Below are positions 36,005-45,693 of a stretch of DNA of 64,000 bases, in pieces. The stretch's first letter is position 1. Each line of letters opens with the position of its first letter. The translations under genes were made by a program, and so were the position numbers. Source of the stretch: a virus; IMG/VR virus record IMGVR_UViG_3300026078_000023, positions 29,290 through 93,289 of that record; one strand, given 5' to 3'. The notes beneath the pieces were generated by a model. It was not told where the DNA came from. It saw only the letters and a list, made by a program, of their open reading frames with translations, and did no database searches.

Positions 36005-37717
36005 CTACTCGGACAGCGGCTCGGCTGTCATGGCCTGGGTCCGCTTGCTCACGTAGCCCTCGAGGTTGTCGGCGAACCGCACGAAGGCGCGGTCCGGGTC
36101 GGTCTCCTCGTTCTTCCAGGTGACGTGCACGCCGCCCGTGAAGTTGTTGTTGATGACCTGCTTCGCGAACTTCCGGTCGGCGTCGTTGGTCTTCGTGACG
36201 GCCTGGGCGTTAATGGTGGCGAGCAGCGGCGAGACGGCGTCGGCGATGGCGGCGGGGACCTTGGCAACGTCCATCACCCGGTCTCCCACGCCGAAGTACT
36301 TCTTCAGCAGCTGGGAGTCGGTGGCGTCGAACTGGCCGCCCTTGTACTCGGCCTTGAGCCTGTCCATGTTGACGGAGAACCGGCCGGCGGCGTCGGCGCC
36401 CACGATCCCCATCTTCTCGAGCACGGCGATCGACTTGCGCGCCGCCTTCTCCTGGGCCTCGGCCAGCGGCCCGCCGGCGGCCGAGCGGGAGAGCGCCGCC
36501 AGGTTGGCGAGCTTGCTCACCATGTCGCCGGAGCGCTCCTGCTTCTCCTGGCCGGCCTGCATCCGATTTGCGATGAGGTCCCCGAAGGCGGAGCCCACCA
36601 GGTAGGCGGCCTCGGCGGCGATCGTCAACTTGGCGACCTTCCCCAGGACGCCGGCCGCACCGCCGGCGAGCGGGGCCAGCCCTGACCCGGCGCCGCCCGC
36701 GGCCTGGATGGCGGCGGCGGCGCCGCCGAGCCTCTCGGCCATGCTGGCGATCTTCATCCCGGCCGTGATCGCCGCGAACGCCGCCCAGTGCTCCCGGATC
36801 TTCCCGACCACGTCGGCGAGCGTGGTGAACACCTTGAGGAGCTTCTCCCCGGTGTCCTCGACCAGGCTCTTGCCGTTCTCGCGGGTCTCCTTCAGGTGCT
36901 TGGCCCACGTCTGCATCCGCCCGGCGACGTCCTTGAAGATCGGGGACGTCAGGTCGCGCAGGGTGTCGCCGACGACGTTGCGGATCTTCGCCAGGGCACC
37001 GCCGATGCCGTTGTTCATCTCGTCGGCGATCTGGACGCCGCCCTGCAGGAACTTCTGGATGTGCTCGAAGCGCTGCGCCTGGGTGAGCTTGTGCATGTTG
37101 CCGGTCGCCCGGCCGAGGGCGATCGAGAACGGGTCGACGCCGCGCACGGTGCCGGTCTTGAGCGCGCGGGTGATGGTGTCGACGGCCTGCTCGCCGGCGA
37201 CCTGGAACCTGACCGCGTTGGCGGACAGCTTCGTCGTCAGGTCCATCACCTTCTCCTGGGACATCCCCAGGCCGCCGACCGCCAGGGCGGTCTTCTTGTA
37301 GATCCCCACCGTCGAGTCGAGGACGGTGCCGAAGCGCGCCGACGTCTCGTCGAGCTCGTCGGTGATGTCCTTGGCGAGCTTCATCGACCGCCGGTACCGG
37401 TCGATCTCAGTCGCCCCCTTCTCAAACTCGAGGGCGCCCGCCAGGACGCTGGCGATGCCCTTCTGGGAGCGGGCGAATTCGGCGTTCTCGTCCTTGATGC
37501 GCTCGAGGAGGGACCCGATCCCGTAGCCCACCCCGAAGGCCGCGGCCGCCGTCAGGTTCTGCTCGCGCCGGAAGTCGCGCACGCTCTCGCGCAGCTCCTC
37601 CGACTTGTGGTGAGCGTGCATGAATGACCCGGCCACCCGGTCGAGGTGGGACTGGAGCCCGCGGTCCGCCGCGGTGAACTCCGTCCTCACCTCCTTGGTC
37701 TGCACCTGGCCGCTCAT
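36005..37717 (-). CDS. Tape measure protein (short, 570 aa)
   Basis: Helical Ala/Gly/Lys-rich protein following the chaperones. Confidence 0.8.
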   Translation of the reverse strand: MSGQVQTKEVRTEFTAADRGLQSHLDRVAGSFMHAHHKSEELRESVRDFRREQNLTAAAAFGVGYGIGSLLERIKDENAEFARSQKGIASVLAGALEFEKGATEIDRYRRSMKLAKDITDELDETSARFGTVLDSTVGIYKKTALAVGGLGMSQEKVMDLTTKLSANAVRFQVAGEQAVDTITRALKTGTVRGVDPFSIALGRATGNMHKLTQAQRFEHIQKFLQGGVQIADEMNNGIGGALAKIRNVVGDTLRDLTSPIFKDVAGRMQTWAKHLKETRENGKSLVEDTGEKLLKVFTTLADVVGKIREHWAAFAAITAGMKIASMAERLGGAAAAIQAAGGAGSGLAPLAGGAAGVLGKVAKLTIAAEAAYLVGSAFGDLIANRMQAGQEKQERSGDMVSKLANLAALSRSAAGGPLAEAQEKAARKSIAVLEKMGIVGADAAGRFSVNMDRLKAEYKGGQFDATDSQLLKKYFGVGDRVMDVAKVPAAIADAVSPLLATINAQAVTKTNDADRKFAKQVINNNFTGGVHVTWKNEETDPDRAFVRFADNLEGYVSKRTQAMTAEPLSE

Positions 37718-37893
37718 CCCTTGTCTCCGTTCTCCCTCTTGACGATGTCAGCGAGGGCGCGCTCGAGCTTCGTGGCCTGCTCGCGGGTGAGCCCGAGCGC
37801 CTCCGACCAGCGGACGTGTCCGTACCGGCACAGGTAGGCCAGGCGCCCGTAGGTGCTGGCCTCGAACCTGCGCAGGTTGAAGCGCACGCTCAC
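37714..37893 (-). CDS. Tail assembly chaperone, -1 frame extension (gpGT/E'-like)
   Basis: VSVRFNLRRFEASTYGRLAYLCRYGHVRWSEALGLT...; reached by a -1 shift at A AAA AAC. Confidence 0.7.
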   Translation of the reverse strand: MSVRFNLRRFEASTYGRLAYLCRYGHVRWSEALGLTREQATKLERALADIVKRENGDKG

Positions 37894-38261
37894 CCCACCG
37901 TGGTCGTGAGGTTTTTTACGAAATCGTCCAGCTCGCCGGCGTCGAGGCCGTCGTTCTCGAGCTTGGCCCAGGCGACCTTCAAGTACGCGCGCACCTGGGG
38001 CGACTGCTCGTCGAGCCAGTCGAGGTTGTCGCTGGCCGGCTTGCCATCGATCTCGAACACCACCCGGCGGAGGACCTCGGCGTCGAGGGCCTTCTGCGTC
38101 CCGCCGACCAGCTGCGCGGCCTTGGCGGCGTCGAGCTCCTCCCCCAGGGTCGGCGGCCGCATCTTGAACTTCTCGATGTCGGTCGGCCAGACGCGGGCCT
38201 TCGCGGGGATCTCGCCCGACATGACCGGGCGCTTCAGGGTGCTATCGAGGGACTTGCTCAT
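37890..38261 (-). CDS. Tail assembly chaperone
   Basis: Between tube and tape measure; MRPPTLGEELDA; slippery heptamer near the 3' end. Confidence 0.8.
   Translation of the reverse strand: MSKSLDSTLKRPVMSGEIPAKARVWPTDIEKFKMRPPTLGEELDAAKAAQLVGGTQKALDAEVLRRVVFEIDGKPASDNLDWLDEQSPQVRAYLKVAWAKLENDGLDAGELDDFVKNLTTTVG
37911..37917 (-). other. Programmed -1 frameshift site A AAA AAC
   Basis: GTA AAA AAC in frame (rare codons for this genome), X XXY YYZ pattern. Confidence 0.7.
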
Positions 38262-38309
38262 CGTGCCTGCCTTCCTCCGGGCCCGGGATTGGGCCCGTCC
38301 GGCACGATG

Positions 38310-38750
38310 CTACGCGATTACCTTGAAGTCCGGGGCCTCGGCCGTGAGCTTGAGGGGGACGTAGGCGTCGCGGCCGGACATGCTGAAGCCCGGGTCCTGG
38401 AAGTGCAGGTCGCTGACGCTGATGCGCTTCCGCTTCTGCTGGAAGGCCATCGAGAACGTCACGTTGATCTGCGTGTCGGCCGCCGAGGTGCGCCGGGACG
38501 CGCGGTCCCGGATGGCCTCCAAGATCTCGATGATCTCCGGCGACTCGGCGTCGATCGACAGTTCCAGGGCCACGCCCCGGTAGATGTCGTCCCTCCGGTC
38601 GGTCGTCTCTCCGAGGTAGCTCTTGCGGAGGATGTCGACCTTCACGGTGAAGGTCAGCGACTCGACCGCGGTCAGGGTGCGCTTGAGCTCCCCGCCCTTG
38701 GTGAGGCGGATCTGGATCTCCTGGCCCTTGATTCTCAGCTCGTCAGCCAC
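38310..38750 (-). CDS. Tail tube protein
   Basis: 146 aa after the sheath; RIKGQE, YLGETTDRRDDIYRG. Confidence 0.75.
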   Translation of the reverse strand: MADELRIKGQEIQIRLTKGGELKRTLTAVESLTFTVKVDILRKSYLGETTDRRDDIYRGVALELSIDAESPEIIEILEAIRDRASRRTSAADTQINVTFSMAFQQKRKRISVSDLHFQDPGFSMSGRDAYVPLKLTAEAPDFKVIA

Positions 38751-38764
38751 GCTCGTTTCCTTTC

Positions 38765-39055
38765 TCAGGCCGCCTGTCCGGGAACCACGATCTTTCCGAT
38801 CTGGGCCATGTACTTCACGCTCAGCGATTCGACCTGGACCTCTATTTGCCTGACACCAATCGCCGCGAGGCCCGGGCCGATGCCATGCGCGACCACGCTG
38901 AACCCGCTGATCTCTCCGGAAGCGACCAGCTCCTCGAGAAACTTCCTCGCCTTTTTCGACCAGTCGGCCACCACGGCGTCGTCGGCCGGGCGATCGAGGT
39001 AGCCCTCGGCGAGCTCGCCGAGGAAGTCGGACACCTTCTGCTTCGTGTTCTCCAT
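38765..39055 (-). CDS. Stand-alone paralog of the tail-sheath C-terminal domain
   Basis: Aligns by eye to the last ~105 aa of 39069-40781 (DF..LAE, PA, FLE.L, G.R.I.V.V, Y..QIG..V). Confidence 0.65.
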   Translation of the reverse strand: MENTKQKVSDFLGELAEGYLDRPADDAVVADWSKKARKFLEELVASGEISGFSVVAHGIGPGLAAIGVRQIEVQVESLSVKYMAQIGKIVVPGQAA

Positions 39056-39068
39056 GCCAACAGTCCTA

Positions 39069-40781
39069 CTACGCCGCCGCGTCCACGGTGACCGGGATAG
39101 TGACGGTCTCGCCGATCTGAGTGCGGTAGACGATGTAGTCGTTCGTCGCCAGGAGGCGGACGTAGACCAGGATCACTCGGATCCCGACCGACGTCAGGGC
39201 CGCCGTGTTCCCGCCGTCGGGGTCGACCTTGTACGCCTGGATCCGCTGGAGCGACGGCTGGTCCGTCGACAGCAGGGTCTCGAGGAACGCGACGTTCTCG
39301 CCCACCAGCGCGTCGATCCGGTCCTGAGTCGCCGGGCTCTTGAGGAACGGCGCCGCCTGCTCCGCCAGGCTGTCCTGGATGAAGTCCGCCATGCGCCGGC
39401 GCTTGATGGGGGTGCGCGTCGGGTAGGACGCGCTGTTCGCCGCGGTCACGCCCTGCATCCACTGCCAGCCGGTGGACCGGTCCTTGTAGAGCGCGCACAC
39501 GCCGGCGCGGATGAGGTTCGCCTGGTCGCCCTTCGACAGTGGCGAGACCTTGAACGCGTCCTCGAGCTCCGTGATGTCCTGGATGTACGGATTCGCCTCG
39601 CCCGGGTTGTGCTCCTCGGGGATGTTCGACAGGGTCGACGCCATCGCCGACGCCGCGTCGGTGGTGACGTTCACCGAGCCGAATTCGGTCACGACGATCT
39701 TGCGGTGCGGGAAGGCGATGATCGCGCGCTCTCCGCCGGACGGCTGGGCGTACCCGTCCGCCGCCGCCAGGCCGATCGCCGCCGTCTTGGCGGTGCTGGC
39801 CGCCGCCACCGTCGCCGCCGTCGCCGGGTCGGCCGCCACGACCGCCATGCGCCCGCGGGCCATCTCCGAGCAGGCCACCGCGTTCGACACGAGGGCCACC
39901 CGGATCGCCGAGGTCCGGCGGGCCGACCACAGGACCACGATGTTCGGGGTGACGTCGCCGTCGCCCGGGATGGTCTTGTCGACCGCCGCGACGTACTGCG
40001 ACTCGAGGCGAGCTGCCAGCGTCGTGCCGGCGCCGGGCGGCCACAGCACGGTCGAGTTCGTGACCGCCGTGATAGTGGTCGTCGCCGCCACGTTCGACAG
40101 GGTCGGGTCGAGGACGAACACGATCGCCGCGATCGCCGTCGCCACCACCGGCTCGACCACCCGGATCGGAAAGCACGGGACCTGGACCGTGACCGCGTTG
40201 GTGGTCAGCGCCGTCCCCTTCGGGATGGTGAAGTCGCCCGACGCCGCGAACACGCGGGTCGAGCCGGCGAACGTGGCCGCCGAGCCGAACCGAGCCCCGG
40301 CCGGGATGAGGATGTCCTTGGCCGTGTTGCTGCTGCCGTCCTGGTCGACGGTGGCCACCGTCACCGTCACCGACAGGGTCGCCTTCGTCGTGCCGGCGTC
40401 CGCCGTCACTGCCTCGTGGTCGACGCGCAAGATCGCCAGGCGCCGAAACGTCCTCTTGTAGAGCGAGAGGTTCCCGTTCCCGTTCCACGGCGCGTACCCG
40501 ATCGCCGTGCTGGTGACGTCGGCCGAGCCGTCCTGGACGCCGGCGGCGGACTGGCTGAAGTACTTGTAGACCGTGCCGCCGAACAGGGCCGCCTGCTCGC
40601 CGCCGTCGGTGACTTCTGTCGGGACGAAGGGTCCCTTCACGAACTCGCCGATGACGCAGCACAGGCCGGGCGCCGTGCCGATCGAGATGACGGGACCCGT
40701 CTCGTCGATGACGACGATCTGGGGGACCGCCGTGATCTCAGCCAGGGTCGGGGTGGTGTCGCGTCGCAGGACGAATGCCAT
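39069..40781 (-). CDS. Contractile tail sheath protein
   Basis: IGEFVKGP..PT.V N-terminus; LIRAGV, QGVT, RRRMADFIQDSL C-terminus. Confidence 0.85.
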   Translation of the reverse strand: MAFVLRRDTTPTLAEITAVPQIVVIDETGPVISIGTAPGLCCVIGEFVKGPFVPTEVTDGGEQAALFGGTVYKYFSQSAAGVQDGSADVTSTAIGYAPWNGNGNLSLYKRTFRRLAILRVDHEAVTADAGTTKATLSVTVTVATVDQDGSSNTAKDILIPAGARFGSAATFAGSTRVFAASGDFTIPKGTALTTNAVTVQVPCFPIRVVEPVVATAIAAIVFVLDPTLSNVAATTTITAVTNSTVLWPPGAGTTLAARLESQYVAAVDKTIPGDGDVTPNIVVLWSARRTSAIRVALVSNAVACSEMARGRMAVVAADPATAATVAAASTAKTAAIGLAAADGYAQPSGGERAIIAFPHRKIVVTEFGSVNVTTDAASAMASTLSNIPEEHNPGEANPYIQDITELEDAFKVSPLSKGDQANLIRAGVCALYKDRSTGWQWMQGVTAANSASYPTRTPIKRRRMADFIQDSLAEQAAPFLKSPATQDRIDALVGENVAFLETLLSTDQPSLQRIQAYKVDPDGGNTAALTSVGIRVILVYVRLLATNDYIVYRTQIGETVTIPVTVDAAA

Positions 40782-40823
40782 CTGGCCTCCGCGGACCATC
40801 CTGTAGCGCGCAGCGCGCGCGGG

Positions 40824-41462
40824 TCAAGGAATTGGCCCGTCTCCTACATCCACGACCATCTTCAGCTTGAACGGCTGGACCGGCCCGACCACCACGTGGG
40901 GCGCCTCGCAGCGGACCACGAACTCGGCCTCCTCGATATTCCGGGCGGCGCTGTCGGCGTCGTCCGGCTTCCTCGAGGAGATGAGGGTGTAGCGGGCGGG
41001 GACCCCGTAGTAGTCCGGCAGGGTGGTGATGATCCCGTAGCGCACGCCCTCGTCCGTCATCAGGACCCGCGGGTCGACGAACATCTCCTCGATCCCACCC
41101 TTGATGGCGGTGCGCTCCGCCCCGGTCGTCGCCCGCGCCTGGACCACGAGGTCCTTGGTCCCCTCGGAGAGCTTGTAGAGCCCGAACCCGGGTTCTCCCC
41201 TGCGCTCCCACGTGTCCTCGAGGAGCGCCGGCGTGTTCTCCGGCGCCGAGTAGGTGATGTCGTTGTCCGGCAGCACGCACGCCGCCGGCGCCACGTTCCC
41301 GTCGTTCAGGCCCGGCCACTCGTCGAACACCTCGAGGAAGCGCACCGGGCCGCCGGGGGCCGGGAACACCGCCGCCTCGAGGAGGCGCTTGAGGCCGCGC
41401 GCCATGGCGGTCTCGAGGTCGCAGGTGCGCCGACGGCTGAACTCCTCGCGGGTGATCGGCAT
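40824..41462 (-). CDS. Tail terminator/neck protein
   Basis: Position between the HK97 gp10-like gene and the sheath. Confidence 0.55.
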   Translation of the reverse strand: MPITREEFSRRRTCDLETAMARGLKRLLEAAVFPAPGGPVRFLEVFDEWPGLNDGNVAPAACVLPDNDITYSAPENTPALLEDTWERRGEPGFGLYKLSEGTKDLVVQARATTGAERTAIKGGIEEMFVDPRVLMTDEGVRYGIITTLPDYYGVPARYTLISSRKPDDADSAARNIEEAEFVVRCEAPHVVVGPVQPFKLKMVVDVGDGPIP

Positions 41463-41980
41463 CAGGCCCCCCTCCCCGCGACGTCGGCCCGGAGCGCCTC
41501 GCTGACGTCGCGCTCGAGCCGGAGCGAGGCGATCTGGAGGACGTGGCGCCCCTTGATGCCGCGGCGCTTGATCGCGCGGGCGATGAGGAACGCCACGCTC
41601 CGGACCTCTGAATCGCGGGACCGCGCGGCGTGCGTGGCGCCCGGGTCGCCGGCGATCTTCTTCCTGGAGACCCAGTCGATGATCACCTTCAGCGGGGGCG
41701 CCTTGGCGCCGATCCGCCGGCCCCATTCGATGATCGAGGCGTAGGGCGAGCTGTTGTAGAACGCCGCCCCGGTCGGGATGTCGTCGGCGTGCCAGTCGCG
41801 GCGGTACGTCTCGCGGTCCACCGGCGCGCGCGGCGCCAGGGCGGAGATGACCTCCTGGACGCGCTGGGGGCCCCTGAGCTTCACGGTGCGGCGGATGACC
41901 TCGACGGCCTCCTCGACCGGGCGCGCCTGCTCGCGGTAGTAGCGCGCCATCCCGTCGAAGCTGTAGGTCTCGCCGGGCAT
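41462..41980 (-). CDS. HK97 gp10-like neck/tail completion protein
   Basis: APVDRETYRRDW, NSSPYASIIEWG, IARAIKRRG. Confidence 0.75.
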   Translation of the reverse strand: MPGETYSFDGMARYYREQARPVEEAVEVIRRTVKLRGPQRVQEVISALAPRAPVDRETYRRDWHADDIPTGAAFYNSSPYASIIEWGRRIGAKAPPLKVIIDWVSRKKIAGDPGATHAARSRDSEVRSVAFLIARAIKRRGIKGRHVLQIASLRLERDVSEALRADVAGRGA

Positions 41981-42597
41981 CAGAAGTCGCTCCGCTGGTA
42001 CCCGCCGCGCCGACCGCGGTCGTAGTCCTGGCGGGTGACCGTGACCCGCCAGCCGAAGCCGTCGCGCTGGAGCTCGGGCACGGCGACCGGCGGGGAGAAC
42101 CGGCGCGGCGCCGGCGGCGGCCGCTGCGGCGTCAGCTCGACCACCTCGTAGAAGAAGTCGACGTTCCGCTTCGACGTGCGCTGGAGGACCGGGTCCTGCA
42201 GGTCGGGGGTCCGCCCCATCAGGTCGTCCTCGCTGTAGATGCCGGCGGAGATCTGGTCGATCACCAGGTCCCCTTGTTCGATCGTCCCGGTGGCCTCGAC
42301 CACGCGCCGGACCGAGTCGACGTCGCGCACGCGCGGTGGCGGGACGAGCTCGCGCCGGGAGATCTCCACCTGCTGCCCCTCGCCGCGCTCGATGCCGGAC
42401 CACTGCACGTGCACCAGGTACACGCGGTGACGCCGGACGCCGAACTTGGCCGGGAGGCGCCGGACGCGGTCGACTACGCCCTGCAGGCGCCACGCGAGCG
42501 ACGCGGGCGCCTGGTTCGGCGCGGGCCCGCGGAGCTGCCCGGTGACCTCCGGGAGGTCGGCTCCTGGGACCCCCGTCGGTACGCGGTCAGCCGCCAC
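41980..42597 (-). CDS. Head closure/stopper protein
   Basis: Position; G.IEQGDL. Confidence 0.5.
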   Translation of the reverse strand: MAADRVPTGVPGADLPEVTGQLRGPAPNQAPASLAWRLQGVVDRVRRLPAKFGVRRHRVYLVHVQWSGIERGEGQQVEISRRELVPPPRVRDVDSVRRVVEATGTIEQGDLVIDQISAGIYSEDDLMGRTPDLQDPVLQRTSKRNVDFFYEVVELTPQRPPPAPRRFSPPVAVPELQRDGFGWRVTVTRQDYDRGRRGGYQRSDF

Positions 42598-42607
42598 GGA
42601 TCAACCC

Positions 42608-43096
42608 TTACAGGATCTCTTCGACGGCAGGGGCGACCTCGGACCAGCGCACCAGGAGGTCGATCTGGACGTTCGGCGTCGGGGTGAACCCGGAGTTCGT
42701 GGTGTGCTTCACGCCCAGCTTGTCGCCGGCGTTGAACGAGATCGGCACCGACAGGAGCTTGATGCCGGAGGTCGCCGTGGTCAGGTCGGCCGCGTCGCCG
42801 GACGCCGTCCCGCCCACCGTCGCCTGCGCCGTGCACGTCCCCGCCGTCACGGCGGTGCTCAGCTGCCAGATCAGCCCCATGATCTTCCCGGGACGACCAG
42901 CCACGACCGACGTGGGGGCATTCGTGTCGATGCCCTGGTACTTCTCGGCGACGCCCGACTGGCTGGCGGCCAGCGCGTCGACGCGGAACTGCCCGAGCTG
43001 GCCGATCCGGGCGTTCGCCGTCTCGAGCGCCGGCTCATTGCACTTCTCGACCCGAACCTTGCCGCCGCCCTGGTCGATGACTCTTCGCGTGTTCAT
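42608..43096 (-). CDS. Beta-sandwich virion protein
   Basis: FNAGDKLGV resembles FSAGDIVGI at the C-terminus of the fibre 22471-24015. Confidence 0.55.
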   Translation of the reverse strand: MNTRRVIDQGGGKVRVEKCNEPALETANARIGQLGQFRVDALAASQSGVAEKYQGIDTNAPTSVVAGRPGKIMGLIWQLSTAVTAGTCTAQATVGGTASGDAADLTTATSGIKLLSVPISFNAGDKLGVKHTTNSGFTPTPNVQIDLLVRWSEVAPAVEEIL

Positions 43097-43108
43097 GCTG
43101 GCTGCTCC

Positions 43109-43534
43109 TCAGGAGTGGATGACTTGCCGCGACCGCCCGACACCCGCCGTCGTCGCGTAGCGCTCAGAGTACGGGTTGACGGGCGCGCCGAGCAAATTCG
43201 AGAGCCGCTGGACCCAGCGGTTGTACTCGGCCTCGAGGGCGCCGGTGGCGTCCTTGTTGATGACGATGTTGTCGACCTTGTCGGCGTCGACCTGCTCGAC
43301 GATCTCCATCAGGCGCTGCTCGATGCGCGCGAGGTTGGCCAGGAACATGCGCAGCCGGCCGACGGACGACTCGGGGATCCGCTCCAGCGCCATGGCCACC
43401 AGGAACTGGGGCTGCGTGGCGGCGGGGATCCCGAGCGTGATGGAGGCCGCCGCCAGCTGCTGGGCCTGGTAGCCCATGTGCAGCAGGACGGCGGTCTTCT
43501 CCTCCTGGCTCAGTACGGCGGTCGCTTCGGCCAC
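43109..43534 (-). CDS. Head-tail adaptor
   Basis: LSQEEK..V..HMGY, helical, L...LG.P.NP; leaderless promoter. Confidence 0.6.
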   Translation of the reverse strand: MAEATAVLSQEEKTAVLLHMGYQAQQLAAASITLGIPAATQPQFLVAMALERIPESSVGRLRMFLANLARIEQRLMEIVEQVDADKVDNIVINKDATGALEAEYNRWVQRLSNLLGAPVNPYSERYATTAGVGRSRQVIHS

Positions 43535-43573
43535 GGACCCAGACTAGCAGGGCGCCGCGGCCGGAGTGAAGGA

Positions 43574-43963
43574 CTAGGCCACGGCGTCGTCTTCGACCTC
43601 GCCCGATTCGCGCGCGGCGACCGACCATGCCGGCTCCTCGCACGGCTCCAGTTTCACGCCTGACGCCACGAGCTGGCCGATGTCGTAGGACGTCGACCGG
43701 ATGACCTTCCCCTTCGGCATGCGCGTCCTGCCGGATTTGTTCGAGACCTCGCCGTCCTCGAGGACGCGGAACCATTGGACCTCGACCTCGTGGCCGCCGT
43801 CCGCCTTCGCCGGGGCCGCCGCGCGAGCTGCCGGCCTGCGGGCCGGGGGCGGCGACGGGTTGGCGACCTGGCCGTCGGACGAGCCGGCGACGTTCTCGGA
43901 CTGAGCCTGATCCGCCACCGCCTCGACGGCGGCTCGCTTACTTCCTCCCAGGGGCTTCGACAT
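43574..43963 (-). CDS. Hypothetical protein
   Basis: SD AAGGA; typical codon bias. Confidence 0.65.
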   Translation of the reverse strand: MSKPLGGSKRAAVEAVADQAQSENVAGSSDGQVANPSPPPARRPAARAAAPAKADGGHEVEVQWFRVLEDGEVSNKSGRTRMPKGKVIRSTSYDIGQLVASGVKLEPCEEPAWSVAARESGEVEDDAVA

Positions 43964-43986
43964 GGGTCCTCATCCTTTCGGGGCCG

Positions 43987-44038
43987 AAAAGAGAACGGCC
44001 CGCCCCGCCAGACTGTCCTGGCGAGAGCGGGCCGTCAA
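43987..44038 (-). terminator. Long hairpin terminator overlapping a TTGACG-17-CAGTCT promoter
   Basis: ACGGCCCGC..CGCCAG / CTGGCG..GCGGGCCGT followed by TCTCTTTT. Confidence 0.6.
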
Positions 44039-44050
44039 CGGCGACCGGGA

Positions 44051-44476
44051 TCAGGTGCCGCTGGGGGCGTCCGAACCGGGGGTCGCGTCCGGGGGGGTCG
44101 CCGCCTGGTCGGAAGGCGCGGTGGGCGACGGCGCCGGAGGGGGGGGCGTGGCGGGGACGGCCGGGGTGCTGCCGGTATTCGCGGCGACGGCCATGGAGAG
44201 CGCCTCGGCACTGCCCATGAGCGAGGCCCGGAGGTCCGCCAGCTTGGCGGCGTCGGTGCCGGCCGCGGCCAATTCCGCGTTGATCCCCTGGATCAGGGTG
44301 AGGGCCGACTTCTCGACCTCGACGCTCTTGGCGACTTGGTCGGCGAGGTCGGCGATGCGCTGGTTCAGGTCGGTGATGCTTCCCATGATGGTCCTCACGT
44401 TTCTGGCGGTCTCCTCCACGGAGAGCAGGGCGTGATGGACGCGGTGGAGGACGCGATCGATCCGCTCGAAGAACAT
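44051..44476 (-). CDS. Coiled-coil hypothetical protein
   Basis: MFFERIDR start 6 nt after GTGACT-18-TACTCT. Confidence 0.7.
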   Translation of the reverse strand: MFFERIDRVLHRVHHALLSVEETARNVRTIMGSITDLNQRIADLADQVAKSVEVEKSALTLIQGINAELAAAGTDAAKLADLRASLMGSAEALSMAVAANTGSTPAVPATPPPPAPSPTAPSDQAATPPDATPGSDAPSGT

Positions 44477-44508
44477 GCCGGCAGAGTACACCCGCCGGGC
44501 CCGTCGAG

Positions 44509-45666
44509 TCACCCCGCGGCGGCGACCAGGGCGCGATCTACCACCTCGCCGAGGCAGTTCAGGCAGCACCTGCCGCTGCCCTCGCCCGGGCGCCTGTCGA
44601 TGCCGCCCACGCACACCAGGCAGCGGCGCACCCCGTCCGGGCCGGGTTCGCTCCACCCGGCGTCGTCCGCGACGTCGCCCTCGACCACGATCGCGACGTC
44701 CTCGACGACGACCTCATCGGCGGCGCTGGCGGCCGCCGCGGCGCGCTCGATCTTGTCGTGCCAGCCCTTGTTGTGCCCGGTCCTCCCGCAGACCTTGCAC
44801 ACCTGCTCGCGCCGGCCGCCGATGAGCGGGCCCTCGCCGGGCGGCGGCTGACCAGCGGGCCCCGGCTCCGCCGGCGCCGGCGCGGGCACGGGCACGGGCA
44901 CGGGGACGTCGCGTCCTCCGCGCCGACGCGCCCAGCTCGCGCGCTGGCCGGCGGAGATGCGCTCCCGCTGCTCGTCCGTGAGCCTGGACCCGCGAGGGCG
45001 CCCGCCGCGCTTCGCCTGGCGCTCCGGTCCGCCCTGGGCGGGGCGTTCTTGTTCGACCTGGCCAGCGGGGGCGGGCGCCGACGACGGCGCGCCTGGCGCG
45101 AACCAGCGCGCCTCGCCGCTCTCCTGGCGGGCGACGAGGACCAGGGACATGGCCACGTCGGCCGACTGCTCGTCCTCGAATGGGCCCCCGTCCATGGGCG
45201 GCATCCCCTCGCGGGGGATCTCCCACCACCACCCGTCCTCCCGCTGGGCGACGCGCGGCCTGGACGGTCGCCGGCGCTCCTGGCGCCTCGCCCGCCGGAT
45301 CGCGCCCAGCTCTCGCTCCGCCTCCCAGATCTGCTCGGCGACCCGGCGCTGGCGCCCCCGCAGGCGCCCGAGCTCCTCCTCGAGCTGCTCCTCGGTGCGC
45401 GGCCCGGGCTCCGCCTCACCAGCCGGTTCCCGCAGGACCGGCTCTTCCGTCAAGCACGGCGCCGTTTGTAAAGCAGGCCCGGTTCTGTCAAGCACGGGCG
45501 GCCGCGGGACGCTGCAGAACGCCAGCGCCCGGACCGCCTCGTCCCTGGTCCGGAACGGGCCGCCCCAGAAGAACCCGCCCGCGCTGGCGGCGCGCCAGAC
45601 CCAGCCGCCGCCCTGGGGGTGGACGACCAGGTCGGTCCCGTCTTCCTGGCGCCACTCGTTCCTCAC
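44509..45666 (-). CDS. Multi-module putative nucleic-acid-binding accessory protein
   Basis: Two W.W..GGPF.....A modules, NUMOD3-like LTDEQRERISAGQRASWARRR, zinc knuckle CKVCGRTGH, CxxC/CxxC tail. Confidence 0.6.
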   Translation of the reverse strand: MRNEWRQEDGTDLVVHPQGGGWVWRAASAGGFFWGGPFRTRDEAVRALAFCSVPRPPVLDRTGPALQTAPCLTEEPVLREPAGEAEPGPRTEEQLEEELGRLRGRQRRVAEQIWEAERELGAIRRARRQERRRPSRPRVAQREDGWWWEIPREGMPPMDGGPFEDEQSADVAMSLVLVARQESGEARWFAPGAPSSAPAPAGQVEQERPAQGGPERQAKRGGRPRGSRLTDEQRERISAGQRASWARRRGGRDVPVPVPVPAPAPAEPGPAGQPPPGEGPLIGGRREQVCKVCGRTGHNKGWHDKIERAAAAASAADEVVVEDVAIVVEGDVADDAGWSEPGPDGVRRCLVCVGGIDRRPGEGSGRCCLNCLGEVVDRALVAAAG

Positions 45667-45693
45667 CTCGACGATGTTGGCCGGTCGCGCCCC

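Noticed and set aside
26084-40781. Tailocin or extracellular contractile injection system
   Set aside because: Capsid, scaffold, portal and replication genes are present, so this is a phage.
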